Positions 1-12,984 of a stretch of DNA of 35,586 nt are shown here, piece by piece. This DNA comes from Paraglomus brasilianum (lineage: Eukaryota): assembly GCA_910592345.1 (NCBI GenBank), contig CAJVPI010000318.1, forward strand, positions 1 through 35,586. Reading direction: 5' to 3'. The position numbers and the translations under genes were made by a program. A model generated the notes under the pieces. That model was not told the DNA's origin. It saw nothing but the letters and a program-made list of their open reading frames with translations, and made no database searches. Positions within the stretch are counted from its first letter, which is position 1. Each line of letters begins with the position of its first letter.

Positions 1-870
1 AATCACACGCGTATAAAGGCGTTCTATGAAAAAGTATACTATATGCACAAAAGTAAGGGGTTACACTTGATTGCATACTAAATTACTTTATATTTATTAT
101 TATGATAGGTCATCTGAAAGCACATTTTGCATATAAAAGTCACATTGAAGATAAGGGCAGATGTGTAGAGTAAGTAATTTATAATAATACCTATTCATAT
201 TGTTATAAAAATATTGTTACTAATGTTTATTATTTAATAGATATGTGGAATATTTGCGCCTTATTGTATCCAATAAAGTAAGTGGTTAATTATCAATACA
301 ATATAAATAGTCTAACACTTTGTACAATGTTGTGAATATTAATTAGTAAACGATTGTGTATTAGGTAACAATACCCATATTCCAAGTACCTCCAAATAAA
401 TACAAACTCAGCATTTTGTTGGAAGTCAATTACAATGACGGTAAGTATCGAAATATTAATATGTATTGTTTAATCCTAATTGTATACTGAGTATAAACAT
501 TGGTTTTGTAGATGACAATAAAAACATCAACTGAAGAAATACAATATGAGACGGACATTGAGCACGACCACTGCACTGAATACATTTTACCTGAAGATGA
601 CATTATTATAGAATTTGCTATTACTATCAGTCGTGTAACAGTAAGTATGGTTTATTTATTCATTGACATAGTGTAAACTGTATTCAATTATTCTAACTTT
701 AATTCCATTTTAAGTCATACGTATATCTTTATTGGGTTTGTTTATATTCGGAAGAAAAGTTAGATACTAACATGGATCACAACTTGAAATTTGAAACATT
801 TCCAAATGGTGTAAAAAAGGTTGATTATAAGCAATATCGTCATCCTGATTTTACACATTTCTTACGTTAA
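1..870 (+). pseudogene. 3' part of an unknown multi-exon gene with one frameshift (or a homopolymer sequencing error)
   Basis: Five regularly spaced GTAAG...AG introns (53-108, 170-240, 278-364, 441-511, 641-714). Exons splice in frame as NHTRIKAFYEKVYYMHKSHLKAHFAYK...VTIPIFQVPPNKYKLSILLEVNYND, then reach TGA shortly after 512. Removing one A from the A5 run at ~520-524 restores a frame running through the last two exons (...EFAITISRVT|SYVYLYWVCLY...HPDFTHFLR*). Family not recognised. Confidence 0.55.
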
Positions 871-2445
871 CGCGAACATTGTTGTATTCTATTACCTTTT
901 GTTGTGCTTGCTATTACGCATACGTTAAACTATGATAAGTCTCCTCGCCGAACACTATTCAAGTATTGGTAATCATGCACAATGGTTATGTATGTTACTC
1001 ACTACGTCAGTATCAAGGAACAATACGAACAAGCACCGGTTCTGGTATCTATTCTTAAGCATGACACAGCGACACGATGGTTATATAACATATTTGAGAT
1101 TTAAATCCGATTAACGACGCGTCAATTCGCACATGAAAATGTGTTCATCTGAATGCTTATCTAAATAGAGAGCGTAAAATGAAATTGAATCATGACATGA
1201 TCTAGTCATCGTAGTATTTTGTAGCTAAAATTAATTGACGCAATTATTATGCGGTATAAGGATCGTAAAGTCCCGTTCAATATTGTTGCCGTTGTTGTTG
1301 AGTGTATGTAGTGTTGTTAAGGTCTCAATAATTAAATAAAAGACTTCGATTAAGCAGTGAAATTGTATAATCTGCGTAAAAGTAAATTACTTTTGAAAAG
1401 AAGATGACAAATTTACGTTCTAGTCAACCAATCGAAGTAATATCGCCTATACTTCTTCCATTGATGAATTATATCAGTTGCTGTTCTGTATAGTTTTTTT
1501 TAAGTCGCTAGCGGTAAGGCTATCGCTGAAATATTCCAGTCAAGAAGAAATCGCCTTAAAGACGTGACTAAACCTAGCATTCTAAACGAGAAGGTGTTGT
1601 ATTTAGTAAGTTAGCAACCAGCGTAATAAACTTACTGTATGTTCCAGCGATAGGAAATATGTAGGTAGCCGCCTTCGACATTAGAAGTGGACACGTTAGC
1701 AAGCCGTGTTATGAGCTAAATTGAGAATATTCCTCGTCAATAATTGAACACAACGCGACCGCATATAGCAGTTCACACAACTGGTATATTAAAGTTTTTG
1801 CCTTAAATCGATTCCCTCCATTCAACAGTCACTGTTACTCCAACGCCATAGTAATTTACTCCAAAAAAGGCAACATTCAGGTCAGACTTTTTTTTCTCCT
1901 AGAAAGAGAGGACCAATATGATCAGATTAGCTGTTTGAATTTTGTCAGAAAATTGCCCGTTTAATTTTATCCCGTCATGACAGGTTATCAACAGGACAGG
2001 TTTAAATAATTGTAAAAGCATAAATTATTATTTATATCAATATAATTGTTGATATAGTCTATCAGTATTATAACAATAAAAATTATGTTCAATTAACTGT
2101 ATGTTAAAATGCTTAATAAGAACGTACTAGTACGTCAAAAAACCCCCCATCAAACATGTCGCATTCGATACTGCCAAGAAATATTAGTGTTTTTAATTTC
2201 AATAATAATGAATTCCGATTTTTAGTAACTACCAATACGGTATAATTATTTTGCTTTTACGCTCTTATTGTATCTTAGCACTTCTCCCCATCTCACTGTC
2301 ATAAAAGTTTCGATTATTCGGTTGGCATATGTATCTAGTTCTACCCACAAATCGTTCGCGTCGTATACTGTATCTATAATTGCCAGTAATTAAATTGATT
2401 TTAGATGTGTTGAAAATTATTAAGTGACAAGAGTTTATGGAATTG

Positions 2446-2478
<33 letters not shown>
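2446..2478 (+). repeat. poly(A) homopolymer, 33 nt
   Basis: Uninterrupted A run read directly from the sequence. Confidence 0.95.
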
Positions 2479-2480
<2 letters not shown>

Positions 2481-2833
2481 AATTCAGCTTTTTTGTTTAA
2501 ACAACCGCTCGATTGCCTTGTCATCCTCTTGAAGAAACGAAAAAGTATAATAAAATGTTGCCGTTGTGGTGCTTTCCAAATTTTAGCTTCACTTTATTGC
2601 TTTCGTTTCAGCACGCAGAATTATCCAGAAAGAGTATGAAGATGACAAAGATTAGCTTTTCCTACCCCTTTGTCAGTTATCCATATTAATTTCAACATTA
2701 GATTATAGAAAGTAGAATGCGTTATATATGTGTAAACGCCCAATCGCATAAATATACATTTTTACGTGATAGTTGATGTATTTAGTATTACAGTCGGTAG
2801 ATGTTTACAGACAATTAATCAAAGATGTACATA

Positions 2834-4688
2834 TTATAACAACATTGCAACCGCCACTATTATAGTAAACAACATTATCCATTGCCGTACAAAACTCTTA
2901 ACCCCAGAAGAGAAACCCCAATCCAGATCCATGGGATTGCATAAAAGGTTTGTCCCATTGGTAAAAGATCCATCCTTTAACCTCTCCCCATAACTACTAA
3001 AAAGCGTCTTATTCACAGGACATACAAAACCGAAGGAAGCAGGACAAGACCGCACCACATTATAACACAAGTCTATGCATGGTAATACTTCTCTATAATC
3101 GTTAAAACTTAAATTTGCTTGAGCTTGCTCCATCAAAATATTGCGAGGTTTCCCTTGCCTTAACACTCCATTAGCCGCATTGTTATCAGTACAGCGAGGT
3201 ATCGCAATTGCACAGAGCCAGTCTTTGTATGCTGCACTACAGTCATCGCAGTTACGTACTAGAGAGTAAGAGGCTGGGGTTGAGGATTCATTGCATGGAA
3301 ACTGACGAAGATTATCTGTAAAGTTCTGGAACGTGCTATTGGCAAGGTTGTCGTAGAATGCCACGATATCATTGAAGGTTTTTCCAGCACCTGCCGGCAC
3401 TGCGTACGCTACTTTGTCACAAAAGGGAAGATTATATATCACGGTGCACCCAGCAACTATTCAGTGTGAATGAGAGAAAAATCATGTTAGCAAGCTATCG
3501 AGTTGCAGCGGCAACAATATGATGAAAACGTGATGCTGTAATCAGTGTCGTAGACTATTACAATGATCGAAAATGCCAGAACGTTTATCGCTTGATCGTG
3601 ATCATCTTTATAGTAATTTTTATCATAATTGAGACTTACCGGATTTCGTTTGCAAAAATGTCGGCGCCCACAGTGTCTCTGTATTTCCTTCGTTCGAATA
3701 TAAATAAGCAACATATTGTGAACGAACATTCAACGACTGAAAGTAAAATGATACTTGTCCGTCGCCTCGATTTGTCGCATTCTTTTGTGGGACGTTTCCT
3801 GTAGCCAACAACTTGATAGCACAAAGTGAGTGCGAAAGACGATTCAGAGATCCATTGATAGCTAGGCTTGCTCCATACTTATCCAAATTACCCGCCGCGC
3901 CAACCACTTTTGTTGTTAGCAAAGCGTGAGACCCGTCAGTATCGTCCAGGTGAAACCCTTCTGTAATATCCAAGTTGTACAGGAACCCTATTATCGATAT
4001 TCGCAGGTATTAATACGTTATGATTCAAGCCATAGAATAGAAAGATAATTCAACTCAATTTTTCATCACCTGCTGTAGAAACACCAATCTCATAAGTGTA
4101 ATTCGTCTTATGAGTAGGAGGATCAGTAGCTTTAATTGCGACATGTAACCCATCAGCTTGATATGTACCAAGTGCAACTCCTTCATTGATCGATATCATG
4201 GCACTTTGATTCCTTTCAGGAAACTGGCTACTGTCAACATACACTTGTATCGCATCTGCATTCGGGGAACATATAGTCACAGATACATAAGCAAGCTTTT
4301 GAGATGGATTTTGTCGACCGGCTAGTGATCGAGACGTAAATGCAGACTTCTTGAGTGATGACTCCCACTTGGGATACAATTTCCGCAGTTCATCGTTTTC
4401 GTCGATCGCCCGTGCAAATACTTCCTCGAGTCCTCCTGACCTGCTCCGCAACGATGTTGTTAGACGATAGTAATTTATATTTCCCGAAAGTATAGCTCCG
4501 TTGGTCTTTATACCATCGGTCAGTACAAATGTCTGTTGGCAATGTGCGATCGACGGAAATACCGTCAAGACTACTGTGTATATTGATATTATGATAGTGA
4601 ATAGTCTTCTAATGTTTATGCACAAATAAAGCACAGACTGTCTGTGCTTTAGAGCACTATGTTTTTCTAAAGGTTGTAACAATCTCAT
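2834..4688 (-). CDS. MID1: Mid1-family stretch-activated calcium channel subunit (Cch1 partner), 3 exons
   Basis: Exons ~4688-4070, 3987-3640 and 3456-2834 join in frame. N-terminal hydrophobic signal segment, LDDTD motif, and a Cys-rich C-terminal region typical of Mid1 (CDDCSAAYKDWLCAIAIPRC; YREVLPCIDLCYNVVRSCPASFGFVCP). Hydrophobic C-terminal tail. Confidence 0.9.
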
Positions 4689-4892
4689 CGAGAGATTTCT
4701 GCATTCCGAACGTGGAAAAATATTTACTAAGCGTTTTGCGTTCCTTAGTCAACATTTTAGTTATGGTTACATTCCCTGTAAACCGTTGCCTTTTCGAGGC
4801 ATTCGTAAAACATCCACCTGAAATAATTGAACAATTTTTTGTTTGTAATTTCTTTTGTACTAACACAGATAACAAAAACTGACGTTTCATAT
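4689..4892. promoter_or_regulatory. Probable bidirectional promoter between divergent MID1 and mitochondrial MetRS
   Basis: Only ~204 bp separate the two head-to-head predicted start codons. No specific motif identified. Confidence 0.45.
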
Positions 4893-7517
4893 ATGGAACG
4901 TGTGTGGAATTATGGGAATAGGGCATTTGACAGAGCGCTCCCGAGATACCTGACGGATTCGCTTATTGTTAATGGCAAAGCCCGATGCGATTCTTGGTCA
5001 TATGGTTTTCGGACGTGCTCAAGAAGGTGGTTGAATGTGCCGGCAAAGGATAGACTATTATATATTACGACACCAATATTCTATGTGAATGATAGTACGT
5101 TATTTTTAAGCGATAATATACATTAGAAATACAACCCTTCTAAACAGAATTTCCCAATGCAAATTATACCTATTCTCTATAAATAGAACCCCATATAGGA
5201 CATTTGCATTCAGCTCTTGTAGCTGATTGTTTGAAGCGGTTTTTTGAACTACGCGGACATAGAGTAATACTTAGCACTGGTACTGATGAACATGGACTTA
5301 AGGCATGTTGATTGGTCGTGGTTCCTTTGGATTGATGTGGTATATGTGTTGATTGGTAAGCGGTGGCTCGTATCACCAGATTCAACAAGCTGCCGTAAAA
5401 GCAAAGAAGCCTATGCAAGTATTTTGTGACGAAGCATCACAAAGATTTCGGGTAAATATTTGAGGCGATTGGTAAAAGTGGGGATAAAAAAAGGGAGCGT
5501 TCTTTTGCATTAGCTTCAAAGCTTACGTGTTGATCTGCTCCGAATAGGATTTGTTTGATGCGGCGAATATCCAGTATACAACCTTTATTCGTACGACTGA
5601 GAAGAGACACGAAAAAGCTGTTTGTTTCTTCTGGGTGATTATAACTCTTGATAGACACTATGTAATGGATGTACGCGCAGTGCCCATATATCGGGTATTC
5701 AAATATATCGTACAATTTTTAAGCAATGTCTTGTAGAGAATGGGTTTATTTATAAGGGCATCCATGAGGGTTGGTATTCCATTTCAGATGAGGCTTTTTA
5801 CACGGAATCAGAAGTATCCAATGTAACAGATAGCAAGTCGGGTGAAAGCTACAAGGTACATCGAGAACGACTTTTGCCCTAAATTTCTTCGTTAAGGATA
5901 AAAACCATGTATATATATTTTATGATTACTATAGATTGCGTCGGAAACAGGTAAAAGAGTAGAATGGACCCAGGAAGAGAATTACAAGTTTCGATTGTCT
6001 GAATTTCAGGAGAGACTATTGCATTGGTTAGCCACAGAATCAAACGGTATGTATACAAACGATTGTCAGGCGTATGAAAAGTCTTGACTGATTAATTCTT
6101 ATATCAATTAATAGCTGTTGTGCCAAGCAATCGATATAATGAGGTTAAATCATGGATTCAAACCGGCTTGTCAGATTTGTCAGTGTCTCGATCAAGATCT
6201 CGATTAAATTGGGGTATCCGCGTGCCGGATGACCCTGAACAGACAATATATGTATGGCTAGATGCATTAATCAATTATCTTACGGTTACGGGATATCCAT
6301 GGCCTGATAACTCTGTGTCTGCTGCCGATCATGGATGGCCACCACACGTCCATATCATTGGAAAAGACATATCTAGGTATGTTTCATTCTGTTAAACTTG
6401 ATATATATAGTTCACAGTATATATACATATTGTATTTATTGCTCTTTTCAGGTTTCATGCTGTCTATTGGCCTGCTTTTCTGATGGCAGCGAATTTACCA
6501 CTTCCGAGACAAGTATTTGCTCATTCTCATTGGACAATGAAGAAGATGAAAATGTCCAAGAGTTTAGGAAACGTAATCGATCCGTTGCAGGCTATGGATA
6601 AATATGGTGTTGATGCTATTCGATATTACTTGATGCGCGATGGAGGCATTGCTGACGATAGCGGAAAGTATTGAAACTTTCAGGAGTTGTAGCAGATGTG
6701 ATACGATACCGTGCGATATGATAATGCAAGACTGATTTTTATTCCAACAGATTATTCCGAGCAAAATATCCAATTCCGCTATAAAAAAGACCTGGTTGGA
6801 CAGTTGGGCAATTTAGTATCACGAAGTGCTTCAAACACGCTCAATCCGAAATTATTAATACCGCAAAATCCGAATAATAACAGCTCTAATTCCGATGATC
6901 TTGCTCTACGGGATAAATTACAAAGTTTACCTGGTAAGTATCTTATACCAGCGTGTCTCAATGATCATATATATGTGTGAAGGACAAATTAGTCAAAGAC
7001 TACCGAGCAGGATACATAAAGCATTAGTTTTTGTATTCGTGCTGGTTCTAATTCGGACACTATTCATTACACCAGATATCGTAGCAGAGCATTATCAAAA
7101 ACTCAACTTAAACAAAGGACTAGCTGCAATATTCGATACTCTTGCCGAGGTTATCATACAAGCTTTTCATGTCTTACCACGGATATTTCATTCTCGATAG
7201 ATTGTCTAACTATCACTCATTCTTACTAGGCAAATCGACACTTTACCATATACGAACCGTGGAGACTTGTTAATGATCCATCGCAACAGGACAGGCTAAA
7301 CACTTCGCTATTCTACGCAGCAGAATCTGCGCGCATAGCCGGAATACTCTTACAACCAGTAATGCCAACGAAAATGTCGCGGCTACTGTCTAAACTCGGC
7401 GTAAAACCAAACGAGCGTACGTGGGAGCATGCCAAGTTTGCTCATGGATGGCCAGCCGATGTTAATACTCCTCGAATGTTTAGCAAAGAGTCTAGCGTGA
7501 TCTTTCCCAAATTCTAA
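4893..7517 (+). CDS. MSM1: Methionyl-tRNA synthetase, mitochondrial type, multi-exon
   Basis: Spliced protein contains [15 protein letters not shown] (HIGH motif), [81 protein letters not shown] and KMSKSLGNV. Arg-rich N-terminal extension consistent with a targeting peptide. Stop TAA at 7515-7517. Confidence 0.95.
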
Positions 7518-7967
7518 TTGTAGCGGTAAAGGACTTGCTGAAATCTAGACATTGACCAGTTTTTCCGTCCAAATGTATGGAACAAAAAATCACTATTTGA
7601 CACCCATCGCTATTACTGCCCTTTTCAAAATTCCTCATGAGATCATCTCACTTCGCGTCCTGCCACGCCAAATCAGATTGTGCACCTAATCCTTTTACCT
7701 ATCTAGATTATATGTTATAGTCTGACGCATTTCATACATCGGAACAAAGAGACATCAAAATATGATGCTTGTAAATCCAGCTGGTTATAATTCACTTTTG
7801 CCCTGGTTTTGTTGCAGTAACAACACATTTATAAACCTTTATTTAGTAATTGTTTCTAATAGATATACAACTGACAAATCTAAAAACAAATTTCTTTCCA
7901 TTACTAATTAAAAATAAGAACGACCTCGTGTGATAGTCCCTTAGGCATGTATGTATCAGAGGGCAAT

Positions 7968-10900
7968 TCAGTCTTTATCATCACCTATCATCGTCCGTTC
8001 CTGCTCAGATGAGGCATCATCAAAGTCAACGTCCTAAAAGTTGAAATGGAGAGAATTAGTTAAATGGGATAGCGTCAGGTTGGATATTTCCATGAGCTTA
8101 CCTTGACTGAATTGGTGCCAGTGGTGTTCACTGTCAAGCCATAAAGAAGTTTAATAATTCGAATGCAGAAGTAGTACTTCAACTAGTGTAACTACCTACC
8201 TTCCATACTAAGCATGCTCATATTATCTGCAACGCTGATGCGATCATCGTCTACAGACGCAACTGATGATAGTACCTGTCATGATAAACGACATTAATAC
8301 GTATAATATCATGCTTGCAAGTAGATTAGCTCGGTAGTGAGTTCTCTTACATCGTCTTCCACTTCGCCGTTTATAGTCCTCCTCGCGATATTGAGTTTAG
8401 TATTAATTGATGCAGGGTTAGAAGATTGAACACCATCAGGATATTTTTCCTTAATTTCTGGTAAAAGCAATTGTAATAAATTCTTGGTGTTCTTGTATCA
8501 AGTTATTTGGAGAAACAGCTGGCGAGCAATTTGTACGATACCTGCGATAACGTCAACTTCAAGAATGTCCTTATAATCTGAGTACGCACTTGCTGAAACA
8601 ATATTATTTCGTGCCTTTTTCGCATGTTCTTCAGCAATCAATGCCTAATGAAATATCAGATAAGTACATAATCCACGTGTAATACCTTCAATAATCGTTA
8701 CATACGTATTTGAAATCCGGGAATAAATTCTCATATTCTGCTGGATCGGCTAATGCTTCGGCTGCTTTTTTCTTATTAACTTTTTCAAGACTCTCGCGCC
8801 ACAGTTTGACTACTCTTGAAACTTGACTGGAAATGGATACGACGAGTTTTTAGTCATAAATCAATGAATAGTATTCTACTCGTCTGATAGATGACAAACC
8901 TCGGAAGATAAGTTCTTGCAAACGCTGCAGCTTCTGGAAGACGCTTTGTCTTTATCAACAAGTCGATACATTCTTCTAATAGGCCAAGTTGCAAGTAGCA
9001 AGTGAATGCTATGTTGTTCTTGCCTTCGGCAACTGCGAGAGAACATGATAGATTAATACATAGATTCCGAGAACTGTTCAATGCGTGTGCAAATTTTTAG
9101 ATTATTCACCAGCGGTCTCTGCAAGTTCCTTGATTGCCTTTGCGTTTCCGGATGCAGTATACAATAAAAGTAGTCCGCTTAGATCCTTCGCTTTCTTCAG
9201 ACATTCTTCAGCTAGGGAGAACTGTAAATAGATAAGGCAATGATTAATAATCTCCACTATTCTGGATATAAAAAAAAAGTAGCGTATCCAACCTTCCATG
9301 TATTCAAAGCTGAATCGGCAACAGCTTTCCACCTTGATTCGTTGTCAACTTCTCGTGCAATTTCAACAGCCACGTCGAGCTTATTTAATTGTATAGCAAG
9401 CTCAAATTTATGTTCGACATCAGTTGAAACTTCCAGGGCAAGTTCCTTTAATTCTAATAATTGGTAACGCAAATTAGTAGAATGTAATGCAATGTTTGAT
9501 ACAGAATGTCGACGACATTTCCACGCCCTACCTTGACTCTCCAAAAATCGTGCTATTCTATTCCTTTGATCTTCGGGCACATCTGGCAAGAGTTCTGCGG
9601 CTGATTCAAGATCACCTCGCAGGACAGCAGTTTGATATTCGATTACGGTCAATGACAGCGCATAACTGTAAACATTAACATCCTAAATAGAATGAAATAC
9701 AAGCTGATAATAAGTCACATTAAGCAGAATACAACGATGTTATGAGATAAACGTAATAAACACGTACTTTGTCTGCCAGATATATTCGGTTGTCTTTCGG
9801 AATATAGCCCAATAAGTACATTGGTCTAAGTATAAGAAAAATTCTAAGTCTTTGCACAATTCATATTCAAACAAATTCATTTCAATTTCACTGCAACATA
9901 CGTATCAAAATGACTTATGGTAAAGGTTTGTGCACCAACAAGATAATTAAGTCGATTAACAGCATTTGTATAAATAAAGCAATCTCCAACCCATGTCCCT
10001 GTTTTTATGCTAATAGCAAAGACAATTATCAGTTAGCGTTATAGCTGGTAAACACACAAATGACATGAATGACTCATCAAACCACAATACCTTTCGGGAA
10101 CCTCGGTAACAAACTCAAACGCTTCTTCAACGCCTTCTTCAGCAACTGCACCCCCGCTTTCTATAAACTTTGTATAAGCTGCCCTATTAAACCGTAAGAC
10201 ATAATACGCATCCTCACAAGCAATGGTCACCAGATCTCCGCCATCCGACCAATAAACCTATTCAAATGAATGGGGTTATCAAGAGTAATATAACACTCCA
10301 AATATTGAACAAATAAACTTACATTTTTTGGAATCACGTCAATCCTTCGAATAATATTACCGGTTTCCCAGTCATGAAGATTTAGGAAGGTAGAACTTCT
10401 AATACCCAACAACGTGCCACCAAATATGCCCTCGGCGGTGAACTTTATCTTCAAAACTCCAGGTCGCTCCTTGAAATTCTTGTACAGTTTAACCTTCGTC
10501 GAAGATTCTCGTACGGCATATCTTCAACATATTGAAATTAGATAAAGGTAGAAGTGTAAAATTGTTTCAAGACAGCAAAGATGCTTACTCGTTTGAATCA
10601 AGAGCCCACACGAATTCCAATCCATTGCCAAAGCCCTTGTTTCGCCATGCCAATGCTGTGTATATTATGTATTCACCGTCACCGCAAACAACGACGAACC
10701 TGTGTATCATCGCAGAGGTTATATTAAACTGGCTTTAAATAATAACAACAAAGTGTTAATATTATTCTAACCTTCCATTTGGACTGTGTTGTAAAGTCTG
10801 TGGATACACCTCACAACTTCCAAGATCTTTTACTGGCAAAGGTAATCGTTCTCCATCCTTGACATTCTCGTCTGCAATACGCGCATATACATATGCACCG

Positions 10901-12717
10901 ATTAGACAATGTCTGCAGAGCATTTGTACTCTATCGCATTCTCGCCAAGAGCTCACGATAGTAAAATATTTCCTTTTTTGAATATTACTTACCAAAATCA
11001 GCTTTCACATTAGTAGTTTGAATTTCATTATGTTTGGCCCAAATAATTTTCCCTGAATTGTCCATGCTTACTGCTGGCTCTTCTCGGCCAAGCTAGAAGA
11101 ACGTTCATAAGCAGCATTTAATACCGTATAAATAGCGACCGAATTTTTTACGAGAAATTACAACATACCTTAACGCAAACAGCACCCTCGTCATAACCAA
11201 AGGCTACATTGTTGTTTCCTTTTTGATATGCAACGGTCCAAGCACGCTCTAGACCATAATTGAGAGTGTTTTCCAGACGATAGGTATTAGAATGCCAAAT
11301 CTTAACGGTTCCATCTTCACTACCAGAAATAATTATAGGTAGTTCGGGATGAAAACAAGCGAATGCTGCATTCTGGGTATGGCCCTCCAACGTTTGAACA
11401 CAGGTTTTGTTTTGATAGTCCCAGATCTTGACAGTTTTATCATCAGCAGCCGATACGAGATATGGCTTCTCTCCTCCGTGGTAGTAATCAACCCAGTTAA
11501 CGCCTTTATCGTGTCCTTCGAGAGTGAAATTGGCGACAGAAGATCCGAGAGACCAAACTTTGATTGTGCGGTCCAAGCAAGCTGATGCAAAAGTGTTGGA
11601 ATCTTTAGGATTAAAGTTGATATTCATGACATAATGAGTATGCCCTTCGAAAGCCTAGCAAGTAGACACGGCGGAATTAATCATCATTTTGTCATCCTAA
11701 CACGTCCTCAAAAAAACAATATATATACCTGGACACATTTCCATCCTTTCTCCCAATCCCATAATTTAATAGTCATGTCATCGGAGCCAGTCAATATGAA
11801 AGGTTGTGTAGGATGAACAGCGATGCATCTAATATAGTCAGGGTGAGCTTCCAAACTTGTCACTTTCTCGTGTGTATTGTAATTGAAAACGCGAAGCTGC
11901 ATATCATCTGATCCAGTAACGATCCAGTTTTTTCTGGCAATAAATTTTGCCGCCCGAACTAATAAAAATGGCAGATCGTTATGTAAACTCGCTATCTTTC
12001 TTCAGGTCAAATCACCCAATACATGATTTTCCCCCCATCGTCACCCTCTTAGTATATATTGCAGTAAGAATTTGTATACAATACCCGGGACATCCGTCAC
12101 TTCGAATGTCTTCACCAGAGCCTACATCATTCAAGGATAATTTTGCACAGGATCTGTTAAGTCACTGATCATAGTATTTCAATTCGAATAAATCTCCTTT
12201 TTCCAGGCAATTGACTTTTAAAAAAAATATATCCGCGCATATTGAATGTTGTGTACGCATCTACATCTATGTCCTGGCCTATCCAACTTGTGTTGATAAT
12301 TTAATACTGCTAGACTATCAAAGAGTATTCACTGAGGACTAATGTATGAACTTTTGTCTATACCTCAGTTTCATAATTCCAGACATAAACTTTGCCATTG
12401 TACAAGCTGGCAAGAAGCCATGGCTCTGTTGGGTGGAAGTCTATACACTTTACGCGATCTGACCGAGATAAAAGCTTTCGCTGCAAACAATAATATTAAT
12501 GGATCAATCAGTTTATAAATCGTTCCAAACAGACAAACGTTAAACTGTATGGAAAACTTTGAACAATTGTTCTAGCGGCAACATAGTATAGTAACCTTAA
12601 TGTCAAGGCGCATGACCTAGTCGGCGACGAGAGTGATGACATAGCGTGAACAGAGAGTCAGTTTTCATTATAGCACAAGCAATTACTTTAAGTTGCAGTG
12701 GGCATAGATCTCACCAT
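7968..12717 (-). CDS. SEC27: Coatomer (COPI) subunit beta', about 23 exons
   Basis: [28 protein letters not shown]-terminus, WD40 repeats ([44 protein letters not shown]), [47 protein letters not shown]. Exon phases traced to TGA at 7970-7968. Start is either an ATG-only exon at 12717-12715 or the ATG at 12613. Confidence 0.96.
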
Positions 12718-12984
12718 TGTGAGGAGTTTCCTTTAAATGTAATTATATATCTGTCTGGAGATACTCCTCCTCAAGATAAGCGAATGGCTTTATCGAGTTC
12801 AGGAAAAATTGACAATTTTTTTTTAGAAATTTGTATTCACATTTGATTGGTTTTCAATTCAGTTCACTGATTATTATAGCACCAATCGTATAAATAATGA
12901 TCTACACTAGAAATGTCAACTTTATTTAACTGTCAGAAGCATTAATCATAAATCATATCGATACACCAATTTCTCTCAATGGCG

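Noticed and set aside
2424..2639. Poly-lysine ORF
   Set aside because: Produced by the poly(A) tract, with no other coding signal.
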